Source of the DNA: Ignavibacteriota bacterium
Lineage (GTDB): Bacteria > Bacteroidota > Ignavibacteria > UBA10030
NCBI GenBank assembly: GCA_003142475.1
Contig: PLMK01000028.1
Coordinates: 1,430 to 51,755, forward strand
Direction of reading: 5' to 3'
Length of the DNA stretch: 50,326 nt
The notes below the pieces were generated by a model, which saw only the letters and a program-made list of their open reading frames with translations, searched no databases and had not been told where the DNA came from. Of the stretch, positions 37,029 to 47,984 are shown piece by piece; the first letter of the stretch is position 1; every line of letters begins with the position of its first letter. The position numbers were made by a program, and so were the translations under genes.

Positions 37029-38489
37029 TTAAACTTTTCCTCTGCGATGTTCAAGTTCAGTACGTATTTCTTCACATTTCTGTTTTGTAAGATCAAGTTT
37101 TGAAATTATGAAGATTACTACAAGCAAACCGACAATGGGGATACATGCAAGCATTGACCGGATCCAGAATATTGTATTCGGTGATTGTGCGCCAATGGCC
37201 GCATTGAACCCGGACCAACCAAGAATTAAACCGGCAACGAATCCACCCATAGAATTTCCAAGTTTAAGAACGTACGATCCACACGCCGTAAAAGAACCTT
37301 CTCTGCGTATTCCCATCGTTAACTCGTCATAATCAATGACATCCGCTCCAATGGAGCCATGTAGCATCCAGAGACCAGCTGCTGCAAGTCCCATGGTACC
37401 AGAAGCGATTGTCTGCAGCCAGGGGATAGCCGGTGTGTAGAGGAACCATGAACCGCCATATCCTAAAATACCAATGACAGCTGCCACCATAACGGCGGTT
37501 TTCTTCTGTGTTGCACGCGCCACTTGTCCTAGAAGTGGTGCACCAAAGAATCCACCAATCATGAAAGCAACCCCCATCCAAAAGTTCCAGTTATCCCCGC
37601 TGATGGTACTGCCGCCGCAAACATAATAAACGGTGGCATAGTACCCGAGAGAACCCACCATGCTTGTACTTAGGGTGAACGTAGCACCATAGCCCATGAT
37701 GACTCTGAAGGGTTTACATTTCAAGGTCTCATACAACGACGCTTTCAGTGAAATACGTTCCTTTATCTTCACAACAACTTTTTCGTAATACCGTTCTTTA
37801 ACCCTGAAGAATATTGTAATGGAAAAGATAGCCATCAATGTTCCAAGTATACAGGTATATACCTGTATACCAAGTAGTGTATTTTTCCCAACCACTGTCC
37901 CCGGAAGAAGAAACCAGGAGAGATTGGTGAAGCGCAACGCGTAAAAATTTGCCACTTCAAAAATTTTCTGCATTGATCCTTTATAAGTCATCACCGATGT
38001 TCGTTCCTCATAGTCGGGAGTCATCTCTGCTCCAAGACTATTATACGGTACCGTATACATGGCCATGATAGGGATATATACCAGTGATGATCCCATCATA
38101 TACCAGAAGATAGCAGACAAGCCAAGAAATGTATGGCTAGCCCAGGAAGGAGAGACCAGGAAGAGTGTGGGCAAACAAAGACCGGCTAGTACACCTGCAA
38201 CAAGAATGAATGGACGCCTGCGTCCAAACTTGGAGCGAAAATTATCCGATATCCAGCCTGTGATTGGATCAGAAATCGCATCGTAGATTCTGATAAGTGT
38301 TAATGCAAGACCGACAAGCCACGGATCCACTCCTAGGTAGATATTGAACACCGCAAAAGCAACTCCGGGATAGAGCCAGAATCCCCACATGTCGAGGGCA
38401 GTTCCAAGTCCGTATGATGTTTTTGTAGAAACTGGAATTCGATCTCGTATGCGCTCTATGACGTTTTTTGAATTTGCTTCTTGTGCCAT
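37029..38489 (-). CDS. MFS sugar:cation symporter, GPH (MelB-like) family
   Basis: YDAISDPITGWISDN.RSKFGRRRPF, PYNSLGAEMTPDYEERT, DVIDYDE...RREG; AAGGAG SD. Confidence 0.9.
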   Translation of the reverse strand: MAQEANSKNVIERIRDRIPVSTKTSYGLGTALDMWGFWLYPGVAFAVFNIYLGVDPWLVGLALTLIRIYDAISDPITGWISDNFRSKFGRRRPFILVAGVLAGLCLPTLFLVSPSWASHTFLGLSAIFWYMMGSSLVYIPIMAMYTVPYNSLGAEMTPDYEERTSVMTYKGSMQKIFEVANFYALRFTNLSWFLLPGTVVGKNTLLGIQVYTCILGTLMAIFSITIFFRVKERYYEKVVVKIKERISLKASLYETLKCKPFRVIMGYGATFTLSTSMVGSLGYYATVYYVCGGSTISGDNWNFWMGVAFMIGGFFGAPLLGQVARATQKKTAVMVAAVIGILGYGGSWFLYTPAIPWLQTIASGTMGLAAAGLWMLHGSIGADVIDYDELTMGIRREGSFTACGSYVLKLGNSMGGFVAGLILGWSGFNAAIGAQSPNTIFWIRSMLACIPIVGLLVVIFIISKLDLTKQKCEEIRTELEHRRGKV

Positions 38490-38987
38490 TTACGCTCCTT
38501 AGTTATGAATTCAAGATAAGTATTTAGCAGTACGTTTTAACATTTCTTCTAACAATAAAAGGAACATTTTCTATAAATGCTGTATATAAATAGTGCCTAA
38601 AAAACCTACTTTTGTCATGATAAATATTTTCATTTATTTTTTCAGAATGGTTATCCATTTGCTGTTTGGGTTTTACCAAAGCTGGAAGGTAATACTTGGC
38701 CGGAGTAAACCGAAGGCAGGATTTCTTCATAGCAGGAAATGTTGGGCAAACTTTGTTTAGTGCTATTGGCAACACGCTTTGACAATGGAGCGTTCGTTAC
38801 ACCTTGATGAGTTCTTATGGTACATCTTTATAGGGAGCTAAAGAGAATCATAGTATTGCTGTTCGTTAAAAAACATGTTAAAACAGGCTTTGCCGTGGCG
38901 AGAGGAAAACATATGATTCTATAGAATTCCGCATTTTGAATGCAGTAAAACTCGAAGAGTATCAACCTATTTCATTTATCAATCAAG

Positions 38988-40775
38988 CTACTCAACGCGT
39001 TCGACTCCAAGTTCGCGTTTGAGCAATGTGAGAATTGGATGTTCTGCTATCTGTTGGGGGGTTTGTTCAGCTTCCATATCTAAATTCTTTGTATCCGCAG
39101 ATAATGATGGTGGTGTTGTGTAGAATGGTTTTATTGGTATATCTGCATTGGAGCGAAGAACTGGTTCTATGGCAACCCGTTTGCCTAGCACTTGATGAAG
39201 AGCGTTAGTCAGAAAGTCTCTATTTCGTTTAAGTGTCGAAAAATGATAATCGTCCGGACAAGAAATGCGTACCATGCCGTTATAAACATCAAGAATGTGG
39301 GTCTCTGTCAATGATGTGCCGACAGCAATATGTGATCTTGAAACATTGCTAACGAAGGTGGACCAATGTTTTGTTACTTCATCGGCAGAAACTGATTGAA
39401 TAACTGTTGGCAGTTTGACAGTTCGCTGAGTGGTGTTTTGAAATTCAGCAAGCTTTGATACTTCCGTCAGCTTGGTAAGATCCGTGCCAATGAGCGATGA
39501 ATAGCTGATAGCAGATTTACTTTTCAAATATCCTGCACCAACCTCGCCTACAACTTTAAGCTCGGAAGAAGGTGACGTACTGTATCGTGTGGATTCTGGG
39601 GAAGATGACGATAAATTAACACTGCTATTGCTGCTTATTTTTTTTTTGAGCAACTCAATTTGTTGGAGTAACTCTCCGATCTGTACAGAACTTTCCATTT
39701 TCGCCATCTGGATTAGTCCTGCTTCAAGTCGATACCGCGGTTGTGCTGCCCATCGGAGCGTTTGATCCAATTCGTTTGTCTGCTTTATGTAGCGTAGTAT
39801 GTCTTGCTCCGTGAATTGATTTGCTTCCTTTTCATACCGCTTTTTATAATTCTCAGATACTTCTACGAGTTGAGTTGATTCGGTCGAATGCACAATTAGC
39901 ATATTACGAAGATGTTCTGTGAGCCCTCCAACAAACTCGCGTAAGTCATAACCGATTTTTATAACTTCATCAACCAATCGAATTGCACCTTGCGTATCGT
40001 GGCTTTTAAGAAAATCAGACACACGAAAATAGATTTCCTGATCGACAACATTAAACGCCTTCAGAAGTTCCGCAGTCTTAATATCGTTGCCGCAGAATGA
40101 ACGTACTTGATCGAATATACTCTGCGCATCCCGAAGAGATCCGTCTGCACGTTTGGCAATTACTATCAATGCGTCATTTTCAATGGTGATGTCTTCTGCA
40201 TTTGCAATTATTGTAAGTGTACTAACAATTTCTTCGATGGCGATACGCCGGAAATCAAACCGCTGACAGCGGGAAAGAATCGTCATTGGCACTTTGTGTA
40301 CTTCCGTCGTAGCAAATATAAACACAACATGTGCCGGGGGCTCTTCAAGCGTTTTCAGAAGTGCGTTGAATGCTTCCTTTGTCAGCATATGTACTTCATC
40401 GATGATATAAATTTTATATTTACCGCGTGTTGGTGTATATCGGACGGAATCACGCAGATTTCGGATTTCTTCTACGCCGCGGTTAGATGCGCCGTCAATC
40501 TCAATAACATCAAGGCCGCGTCCTTCAATGATTTCCTTACATACTTCACAAATATTATCTGGATTCTGGTTAGAAGGGGAGAGGCAGTTGAGCGCGCGTG
40601 CAAGTATGCGGGCTGTTGTTGTTTTGCCGCATCCGCGGGTGCCACTGAAAATGTACGCATGCGCAACGCGATGAGACGCAATTGCATTACGAAGTGTATT
40701 GGTTACGTGACCCTGACCAACGACATCGTCGAAGATCATCGGTCGCCATTTGCGCGCTGTTACTTGATAATTCAT
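38988..40775 (-). CDS. dnaX: DNA polymerase III subunit gamma/tau
   Basis: ARKWRP, GTRGCGKTT, EIDGASN, IDEVHML, NALLKTLEEPP, SRCQ. Confidence 0.97.
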   Translation of the reverse strand: MNYQVTARKWRPMIFDDVVGQGHVTNTLRNAIASHRVAHAYIFSGTRGCGKTTTARILARALNCLSPSNQNPDNICEVCKEIIEGRGLDVIEIDGASNRGVEEIRNLRDSVRYTPTRGKYKIYIIDEVHMLTKEAFNALLKTLEEPPAHVVFIFATTEVHKVPMTILSRCQRFDFRRIAIEEIVSTLTIIANAEDITIENDALIVIAKRADGSLRDAQSIFDQVRSFCGNDIKTAELLKAFNVVDQEIYFRVSDFLKSHDTQGAIRLVDEVIKIGYDLREFVGGLTEHLRNMLIVHSTESTQLVEVSENYKKRYEKEANQFTEQDILRYIKQTNELDQTLRWAAQPRYRLEAGLIQMAKMESSVQIGELLQQIELLKKKISSNSSVNLSSSSPESTRYSTSPSSELKVVGEVGAGYLKSKSAISYSSLIGTDLTKLTEVSKLAEFQNTTQRTVKLPTVIQSVSADEVTKHWSTFVSNVSRSHIAVGTSLTETHILDVYNGMVRISCPDDYHFSTLKRNRDFLTNALHQVLGKRVAIEPVLRSNADIPIKPFYTTPPSLSADTKNLDMEAEQTPQQIAEHPILTLLKRELGVERVE

Positions 40776-40849
40776 TTCATCTCAAAATAGAAAATTATTT
40801 ATTCAAGGATACAGAATTCAGAACATAAAATCCATAATAATCTTTGTTC

Positions 40850-43258
40850 TTAATTTTTCTTCTTTACTTTTAACTTTTTATTTGAAAATACATATTTCAT
40901 CGCTTCTTCAATCGTGTCGATCGGGACGATTGACAACCCTTCCTTCACTTTTTCTGGTATTTCGGTGAGGTCTTTCACATTCTCTTGTGGAATCAATACA
41001 GTCTTGATACCGCTGCGCTGTGCCGCAAGAAGTTTCTCGTTCAATCCACCGATAGGAAGAACGTTACCGCGCAATGTAATTTCGCCTGTCATTGCAACAT
41101 CGTTGCGAGCTGGCCGATTACTCGCCGCAGATATAATCGCCATAGCCATTGTTACACCTGCAGAAGGGCCATCTTTCGGAATTGCTCCTTCCGGTAAGTG
41201 AATATGGATCTCGCGATTCTTGTTGAACTCCGGATTAACACCAAGCTTTTTTGCATTCGAACGGATGTAGCTCAATGCCGCTTGCGCCGATTCCTTCATA
41301 ACATCACCCAGTTGTCCGGTAAGTGTAAGACGCTCTGTGCCACGCATTATTGTTGCATCAACATTGAGAATTTCACCGCCAACACTCGTCCACGCCAAGC
41401 CGGTAACAGAGCCAATACGCGGTTGTGACTCAGCTGGTTTTGTGCGAAACTTTGGAACACCAAGATATTTTTCCACGCTTTGCGGTGTTACATGAATATT
41501 TGTTTTCTTATTCTCCCTTTTAGACAATCCGTTTGTCTGTTTGGCAAGTACCATTTCCTTTGCTACTTTGCGGCAGATAGATGCAATTTCGCGCTCAAGA
41601 TTTCTCACACCAGCTTCGCGTGTATATTCTTGAATAATTTTTATGACTGCAGTATCTTCGAAATAAACTTCGTCAGCTTTCAATCCATGCGCTTTAAGTT
41701 GTTTGCCTACAATATGACGCTTTGCAATTTCTTTTTTCTCGTACTCAAGATATCCGGGCAATTCAATGATTTCCATCCGATCTTGCAGAGGGGCAGGAAT
41801 GGCGAACCGAACATTTGCCGTCGTGATGAACATAACTTTTGATAAATCATAATCAACTTCGATGTAATGGTCATTAAACGCAATGTTCTGTTCGGGATCA
41901 AGCACTTCCAAAAGCGCCGCGGATGGATCGCCGCGAAAATCCATGCTCATCTTATCTACTTCGTCCATTAAAAGCACGGGGTTAACAACACCGGCTCGCT
42001 TCATCGATTGAATAATTTTACCGGGCATCGAACCTATATACGTGCGTCTGTGACCCCGAATTTCAGCTTCGTCGCGAATACCGCCAAGCGAAATACGTAC
42101 AAACTTTCTGCCTAGTGCACGCGCAATCGATTTTGCCAATGATGTTTTTCCCACGCCTGGCGGACCGACAAAGCAAAGAATTTGTCCGCGCATTTCTTTC
42201 ACTAAATTCAATACAGCGATGTTCTCAAGAATTCTTTCCTTCGGTTTGTCCAATCCGTAATGATCAGCATCGAGGATTTCTTTCACGTGGGCAATCAATA
42301 AATCATCTTTCGTTCGTTTCTGCCACGGCACCGCAACAAGCCAATCGAGATAGTTACGTGTAACACCAAGCTCAGGTGACATTGGTGAAGTTTTCTTCAG
42401 TTTATTGAATTCTTCAAACGCTTTTTCTTTGGCTTCCTTCGGCATTTTCGCCGCAAGAAGTTGTTCTTTTAGTTTTACAATTTCCGGCGAAGCTTCATCA
42501 TCACCAAGCTCATCTTGAAGAATTCGGATTTGTTCCTGAATGAAAAACTTTCGCTGCGTTTTCTGAATATTATCCTGTACCTTGGTATCGATATCACGTT
42601 CTATTTTCAGAATATCTACTTCCGTGCTGAGAATTTTTGAAAGTTCGTATAATTGATCACGAAGTGCAGGGGTTTGCAAGATACGTTGTTTCACATCTAC
42701 GCTTTGTACAAGGTTAGACGCAATGTAATACATCTTCCGTTGCGGTTCTTTGATACCATCGTAAGCCATGATCACTTCCGGCGGAATATTACGATTAAGT
42801 CTAACATATTCAGCAAACAGGGCAGATGCATGTCGTACAAGTGCATCGATTTCGCGCCCTGCTGGCGGATCAATGCGGTTAACAATGATTTCAGCCTCAA
42901 GAAAATTAGAATTGGGAATAAATTTTTTGATGTTCGCTTGCGCAACACCATCAACCAAAATTTTCATCAGGCCATTCGGCAATTTCAGCATTTGAAGAAT
43001 CTTTGCTACTGTGCCTTCACGATAGACATCTTCTTCTGTCGGTTCATCAATTGATGAATTTTTTTGTGCAACGAGCAAAATATTCTTGCCTCGTTCCAAA
43101 GCTTCATTGGCAGCACGAAGCGATGTTTCCCTTCCAACAAGAACGGGAAAAATCATATACGGAAATAATACTACATCACGAAGGGGTAAAACCGGCAAAA
43201 CATTGGGAATATGATCTAATGTTTCGATATTTATATTGGGTTTCGTGGTATCACTCAT
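40850..43258 (-). CDS. lon: Lon ATP-dependent protease
   Basis: LON N-domain, [33 protein letters not shown]. Confidence 0.97.
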   Translation of the reverse strand: MSDTTKPNINIETLDHIPNVLPVLPLRDVVLFPYMIFPVLVGRETSLRAANEALERGKNILLVAQKNSSIDEPTEEDVYREGTVAKILQMLKLPNGLMKILVDGVAQANIKKFIPNSNFLEAEIIVNRIDPPAGREIDALVRHASALFAEYVRLNRNIPPEVIMAYDGIKEPQRKMYYIASNLVQSVDVKQRILQTPALRDQLYELSKILSTEVDILKIERDIDTKVQDNIQKTQRKFFIQEQIRILQDELGDDEASPEIVKLKEQLLAAKMPKEAKEKAFEEFNKLKKTSPMSPELGVTRNYLDWLVAVPWQKRTKDDLLIAHVKEILDADHYGLDKPKERILENIAVLNLVKEMRGQILCFVGPPGVGKTSLAKSIARALGRKFVRISLGGIRDEAEIRGHRRTYIGSMPGKIIQSMKRAGVVNPVLLMDEVDKMSMDFRGDPSAALLEVLDPEQNIAFNDHYIEVDYDLSKVMFITTANVRFAIPAPLQDRMEIIELPGYLEYEKKEIAKRHIVGKQLKAHGLKADEVYFEDTAVIKIIQEYTREAGVRNLEREIASICRKVAKEMVLAKQTNGLSKRENKKTNIHVTPQSVEKYLGVPKFRTKPAESQPRIGSVTGLAWTSVGGEILNVDATIMRGTERLTLTGQLGDVMKESAQAALSYIRSNAKKLGVNPEFNKNREIHIHLPEGAIPKDGPSAGVTMAMAIISAASNRPARNDVAMTGEITLRGNVLPIGGLNEKLLAAQRSGIKTVLIPQENVKDLTEIPEKVKEGLSIVPIDTIEEAMKYVFSNKKLKVKKKN

Positions 43259-43281
43259 AGAATCGATCTGGTTTTAGCTAT

Positions 43282-43323
43282 AAAAACAAAAAGAGGGCGC
43301 ATCCGCCTCATATGGATACACCC
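43282..43323 (-). terminator. Terminator-like hairpin in the lon 5' leader
   Basis: Minus strand GGGTGTATCC-9 nt-GGATGCGCCC (10 bp, 2 G-U) followed by TCTTTTTGTTTTT. Confidence 0.55.
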
Positions 43324-43340
43324 ATTATCTTCGCGAACTT

Positions 43341-43369
43341 AATATACCGATGAATGGCGGGAGAGTCAA
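43341..43369 (-). promoter_or_regulatory. sigma70-type promoter for lon
   Basis: TTGACT-17 nt-TATATT on the minus strand. Confidence 0.7.
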
Positions 43370-43512
43370 GGAACGATAATGCAGGTTATAGGTAAGAGGT
43401 TATCAAATTCTATTGATCGTCCAATTGCTTCTTCTCTTGGGTTGTGAGACAAAGGAGTATTCCTAATATAGATTTTTATCGCTCTGAGTTCTTGTTTGTG
43501 TTTGATAAAATC

Positions 43513-43538
43513 AATATACTTTAAATTTAAAGTATATT
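43513..43538. repeat. Perfect 26-bp AT-rich palindrome
   Basis: AATATACTTTAAATTTAAAGTATATT. Confidence 0.85.
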
Positions 43539-44247
43539 AAACTAAGCTCTTATTTAGAAAGCGGACAAGAGGTGCTGCCTCGTCGCAAATACCTGCAACT
43601 TCATCGACTAAAGATTCGTTATAACATTTCGATTCAGGCAATGATACACCAACAAAGAATTGTTTAAATTTCAGCCACTCTGCCATCGGATGGTTCTCAT
43701 CGTATCCTTTCGGAACACGTTGAAGTTTTGACCAGTCGAATGGTCCAAAGCGCTTTATTAATCTGCGATCCTCAACTATCGAAAGAAATTCTTCGCCTCG
43801 CGCAGCAATTGCTTTGCGTATTTTTTTAAGTTGTTCACCATCTGGTATATAGATTCCACCACCAACAAAAAATTCACGCGGTTCAATTTGAATGTAATAA
43901 CCAGAACCTATAAAACCTTTTGGCATTCCCCTCAATACAAAGTGCGCAGCAATATGTGTTTTGTACGGAGTCTTGTCTGAACTAAATCTGATATCGCGAT
44001 AGATTCGGAAGATAGATCGCTTCGGATTAAGATCAAACTCTGGCGCAAATTGAGTGAAGTGCGGCTGTAGCGCTGCGATAAATGAAAGCATAGGCGTTTT
44101 AGCATTTAGCTCAAACTCTTCTTTGTGCTTTTCAAACCACTCACGATTATTATTCTGTTTGAGCTGCTTTAGAAACTTGATGCATTCTTTGGGAAATCCC
44201 TCGAACGGCGGATAGAGATCGAAATCTATTAGGGAAATTTTAGACAT
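43537..44247 (-). CDS. DUF2461-family protein
   Basis: LKQNNNREWF, FRIYRDIRFSSDKTPYKTH, LQRVPKGY..NHP. Confidence 0.88.
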   Translation of the reverse strand: MSKISLIDFDLYPPFEGFPKECIKFLKQLKQNNNREWFEKHKEEFELNAKTPMLSFIAALQPHFTQFAPEFDLNPKRSIFRIYRDIRFSSDKTPYKTHIAAHFVLRGMPKGFIGSGYYIQIEPREFFVGGGIYIPDGEQLKKIRKAIAARGEEFLSIVEDRRLIKRFGPFDWSKLQRVPKGYDENHPMAEWLKFKQFFVGVSLPESKCYNESLVDEVAGICDEAAPLVRFLNKSLV

Positions 44248-44281
44248 AATATCATTCTCCTATATAATATTAAGTGTGGAA

Positions 44282-45226
44282 CTATTTTCCTTCGATCGCG
44301 GCGCGGACAAATCCATTTGATTTTATCAATCTTAGTCGTGCTTCCTCCCGTGAGACACTTGCTTTGATCATTACAAGAGCAGTCTTCACGTGGAAGTCTG
44401 ACTTCGTTAAGAAATCTGTTGCTTCGTCGTACGAAACCCTTGTAATTATCATAATAATGCGTTTTGCTCGTTCGCGTAATTTTAGATTCGTCATTTGAAG
44501 ATCAATCATCATATTCTCGTACACTTTTCCTAAGCGAATCATTGCTGCCGTAGTTATCATATTGAGGACAAGTTTCTGAGCAGTTCCGGATTTCATTCTC
44601 GTTGAACCCATAATAATTTCGGGTCCGACTTCCGGACAAATAGCAATATCAACTGCAGAAGCAAGGTTAGAAAACTCTGGCAGATAAAAGCTGGATCGAG
44701 GGTTTGTTGTTACATATATTGTGCGTGCACCGAGCTGTTTCGCTCGCCTCACCGCACCGACAACGTAAGGTGTGCGAAGACTTGCAGCAATTCCGCATAC
44801 TACATCATTCTCTCCAATATTTTTATTGTCAATATCGCGTGCACCATTTTCCTCATGATCCTCCGCACCTTCTTGAGCGCGGAACATTGCTTGTTCTCCG
44901 CCAGCAATTAATCCTTGAATCATTTCTGGTTCTGTCCCAAACGTTGGCGGACATTCAACAGCATCCAGCACTCCTAATCTTCCGCTTGTTCCGGCACCAA
45001 CATATATAAGGCGCCCATCATTCCGCAAAGTTTCAATTACAAGTTCAACAGCATTGGCGATATAGTGTATTTGCGTTTCAACTGCTAACGCTACTTTCTT
45101 ATCTTCGTTGTTGATAAGAACAAGAATCTCTTCAACTGAACGAGAATCAATATCCATGCTTACCGAATTTCTTTGTTCCGTTGCCATAAATTGAAGCTGA
45201 TCAAAAAGTACTTTCTCTTTTGACAA
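44282..45226 (-). CDS. murQ: N-acetylmuramic acid 6-phosphate etherase
   Basis: TEQRN, GAGTSGRLGVLDAVECPPTFG, EGAED, GSTRMKSGTAQK. Confidence 0.95.
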   Translation of the reverse strand: MSKEKVLFDQLQFMATEQRNSVSMDIDSRSVEEILVLINNEDKKVALAVETQIHYIANAVELVIETLRNDGRLIYVGAGTSGRLGVLDAVECPPTFGTEPEMIQGLIAGGEQAMFRAQEGAEDHEENGARDIDNKNIGENDVVCGIAASLRTPYVVGAVRRAKQLGARTIYVTTNPRSSFYLPEFSNLASAVDIAICPEVGPEIIMGSTRMKSGTAQKLVLNMITTAAMIRLGKVYENMMIDLQMTNLKLRERAKRIIMIITRVSYDEATDFLTKSDFHVKTALVMIKASVSREEARLRLIKSNGFVRAAIEGK

Positions 45227-45254
45227 TTTTGTTTCTTTCTGATAAGTGATTTCT

Positions 45255-45992
45255 TTATAGGTGGACTATCAATATTTTTTTGTCAGAAGTAATAAGTTGT
45301 TCCGATCCGATAAATGCAAGATCGATCGAATTGATATTCACTTGAGGATGTTGTCGCTTTGCCAGGTCAATCTCCTGTGTTAAGTCGCCACCTTTGAATG
45401 CAATAAGCGCGGGTGGATTTGGATCTATGGGACCGCCGCTTTTTGTATATTCAAATAAATCAGAATAATTCCGTTTTTTAAGGAAGTTTATCGACAAAGA
45501 AATTAATTCGTTTAATTGACAAACTGCTCTTGCAATTGCAAAATCAAATCTGTGTAAATACTCGGATTGCATACCAATTTCTTCTGCTCTCCCCCATATT
45601 ACATTTACATTTTCAAGCTTCAACTCATCGACTATTTGGGAAACAGCGTTTACTTTTTTCCTTGTTGCATCAAGACAAATCAATGAAATATCTGGACGTA
45701 AAATCTTTAATGGGATGCCTGGCAATCCACCGCCGGTTCCGATATCAACAATTTTGGATCCTTCCATTAGTTTCAGCTTAAATAGTGGAGATATAGAATG
45801 AAGAATATGGTAAGTCCAAAAATTTTCTTCATCTTTTCTAGAAATCAAGTTAATTTTTTTATTCCAATCGAGAAGCAAATTCACATATTGATCTAATTGC
45901 TCTAATTGAAAATCCGTTAGCAAGAATCCATTCTTAACGCATAGTGTACGAAACCATAATTTCTTTTCAGGATACACTACTTTTTGCTCCAA
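45255..45992 (-). CDS. rsmG: 16S rRNA m7G527 methyltransferase
   Basis: WNKKINLIS, HILHS, DIGTGGGLPGIPL, RAEE, ARAV, KG. Confidence 0.93.
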   Translation of the reverse strand: MEQKVVYPEKKLWFRTLCVKNGFLLTDFQLEQLDQYVNLLLDWNKKINLISRKDEENFWTYHILHSISPLFKLKLMEGSKIVDIGTGGGLPGIPLKILRPDISLICLDATRKKVNAVSQIVDELKLENVNVIWGRAEEIGMQSEYLHRFDFAIARAVCQLNELISLSINFLKKRNYSDLFEYTKSGGPIDPNPPALIAFKGGDLTQEIDLAKRQHPQVNINSIDLAFIGSEQLITSDKKILIVHL

Positions 45993-46003
45993 TTTCAGTC
46001 ATT

Positions 46004-46019
46004 TGTTCCACGTGAAAAA
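46004..46019. promoter_or_regulatory. parS-like site
   Basis: TGTTCCACGTGAAAAA, one mismatch to the TGTTNCACGTGAAACA consensus; intergenic between mnmG and rsmG. Confidence 0.75.
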
Positions 46020-46026
46020 CGTTAGT

Positions 46027-47946
46027 TTAATTTCTGAGGTACACCATCAATACAGAAATGTCTGCCGGTGTAACGCCGCTAATTCTGGATGCTTGCCCAA
46101 TGGAAAAAGGTTGAACCTTAACTAGCTTTTCTCTTCCCTCTGTTGACAACGATTTCACTTTATGGTAATCTATTTCTTGTGGTATTTGAAAAGATTCGAA
46201 CCGATTGAATTTTTCCACTTCTTCTATTTGCCGTTTGATATATCCATCGTACTTTAATTCTATTTCCACTTGTTCAATCACCTCGTTGAACAATCGATCA
46301 TCACAAGAAGAACGCAGTCGTGAAAAGAATGCCGTACAAACAATAGATTCGCATTTTATGAAATCTAAAAAGCGAACATTTGTTCTTTTCAAAATTTTTG
46401 CTAGTTTTTCGTTTTCTTGAATACAACCAGCGTTTGCTATCCTCAGCAATGGATTTGCATCCTTCGGTTTTATAGAAAATTGATTAGAAAAGAAAATGCC
46501 TTCATTTATTAAAATCTCTTTTTTCCGCAACCGTACTGCTATTTCGCTGGGAATCAATCCTAACTTGTGTCCAAATTCCATTAGCCGTCGATCTGCGTTA
46601 TCTTGACGAAGGATAAGACGATGTTCGGCGCGTGAAGTGAACATCCTATAAGGCTCTTCAATATCTCTGTTCACTAAATCGTCAATTAAAACTCCAATAT
46701 ACGATTCAGACCTTTTGAGAATAATTGGATCTTCGTCTCTAATATACTTCCCCGCATTAATCCCAGCCAACAATCCTTGCGCAGCAGCTTCTTCGTATCC
46801 GGATGTTCCGTTAATTTGTCCTGCAAAAAACATTCCGCTAACAAGTTTTGTTTCTAAAGAAAGTTTTAGTTGATGTGGTGGAAAATAATCATATTCTACA
46901 GCATAACCGGGTCGCAACATTTTTACGTTATACAATCCCGGAATCGTACATAGTCCCTCAACCTGAATGTCCTCGGGGAGACTTGTTGAATATCCATTCA
47001 CATAGACAACATTTGTGTCATAACCTTCTGGCTCAAGAAAAATGTGGTGACGATCTCTATCTGTAAAACGATTGATTTTATCTTCAATCGAAGGACAATA
47101 ACGCGGACCTATACCTTTTATTCTTCCAGTGAAGAGCGGCGATCTGTCAAATCCCTTCCTAAGAACCCTGTGCGTTTCTGTATTAGTGTAAGTTAGGAAC
47201 ATTGGAATAAGCTTATTCGTGATTTTTGTGTTTTGAAATGAGAATGGCTGCGGATTGATATCGCTTGGCTGTTCTTCAACTTCAGAAAAATCAATACTAT
47301 TCTTATCTATCCGAGGCGGTGTTCCCGTTTTGAGTCGACCTGATACAAATCCGTATTTTTTTAAGCTTTCCGTCAAACCCTCAACCGAACTTTCAGTATA
47401 TCTTCCTCCTATTATGCTTTGTGTTCCGGTATGCATAAGTCCTCTTAGGAATGTGCCAGCACACAAAATAAATGCTTTACATTTAACTCTAGTTCCGTCA
47501 TTAAAAATAATTTCTTTTATTATTGAAGTATGTTGTGAATTCTTTCTTTCGACAAAAACATCACATACTATTCCTTCAATTACTTGAATGCCTATTTGCC
47601 CTTCAATTCGACGTTGAGCTTCATGTGAGTACTCTTCGCGATCATTTTGTGAGCGTGGCGACCAAACCGCAGGACCTTTCGAAAGGTTTAGCATGCGAAA
47701 ATGAATTCCAGTTGCATCTGCAATTTTTGCCATTTCTCCACCGAGAGCATCAACTTCCCGAACAAGGTGTCCTTTAGCAGTTCCGCCGATTGCAGGATTG
47801 CAGGACATTCTGCCAATTGCATCTTTATCCATTGTCACCAATAAAACTTGGCAACCCATTCGTGCAGCAGCTAAACTTGCCTCTATTCCAGCATGCCCTC
47901 CACCAGCCACAACGACGTCATAACCTGTATACTTTAACTCAAACAC
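46027..47946 (-). CDS. mnmG: tRNA uridine 5-carboxymethylaminomethyl modification enzyme
   Basis: [54 protein letters not shown]. Confidence 0.97.
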   Translation of the reverse strand: MFELKYTGYDVVVAGGGHAGIEASLAAARMGCQVLLVTMDKDAIGRMSCNPAIGGTAKGHLVREVDALGGEMAKIADATGIHFRMLNLSKGPAVWSPRSQNDREEYSHEAQRRIEGQIGIQVIEGIVCDVFVERKNSQHTSIIKEIIFNDGTRVKCKAFILCAGTFLRGLMHTGTQSIIGGRYTESSVEGLTESLKKYGFVSGRLKTGTPPRIDKNSIDFSEVEEQPSDINPQPFSFQNTKITNKLIPMFLTYTNTETHRVLRKGFDRSPLFTGRIKGIGPRYCPSIEDKINRFTDRDRHHIFLEPEGYDTNVVYVNGYSTSLPEDIQVEGLCTIPGLYNVKMLRPGYAVEYDYFPPHQLKLSLETKLVSGMFFAGQINGTSGYEEAAAQGLLAGINAGKYIRDEDPIILKRSESYIGVLIDDLVNRDIEEPYRMFTSRAEHRLILRQDNADRRLMEFGHKLGLIPSEIAVRLRKKEILINEGIFFSNQFSIKPKDANPLLRIANAGCIQENEKLAKILKRTNVRFLDFIKCESIVCTAFFSRLRSSCDDRLFNEVIEQVEIELKYDGYIKRQIEEVEKFNRFESFQIPQEIDYHKVKSLSTEGREKLVKVQPFSIGQASRISGVTPADISVLMVYLRN

Positions 47947-47963
47947 ACTTTTTACCCTGTTTT

Positions 47964-47979
47964 CGTTTCACGTGAAACC
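47964..47979. promoter_or_regulatory. parS-like site
   Basis: CGTTTCACGTGAAACC with the perfect 14-bp palindromic core GTTTCACGTGAAAC; intergenic between mnmE and mnmG. Confidence 0.78.
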
Positions 47980-47984
47980 AAAAG

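Noticed and set aside
38524-38775. 83-aa intergenic ORF
   Set aside because: TTG start, no SD and no recognisable motif; cannot be supported as a gene.
36795-38850. 10-bp direct repeat AAGAGAATCA flanking the MFS gene, as a possible target-site duplication
   Set aside because: A match of this length between two long AT-rich spacers is plausible by chance, and there is no transposase or integrase.
43502-43514. TTGAT-N3-ATCAA as an FNR box
   Set aside because: The spacer is 3 nt rather than 4, and it is far from the lon promoter.
44382-44397. Third parS-like core (TTCACGTGGAA) inside murQ
   Set aside because: About five mismatches in the flanks and it lies within coding sequence.
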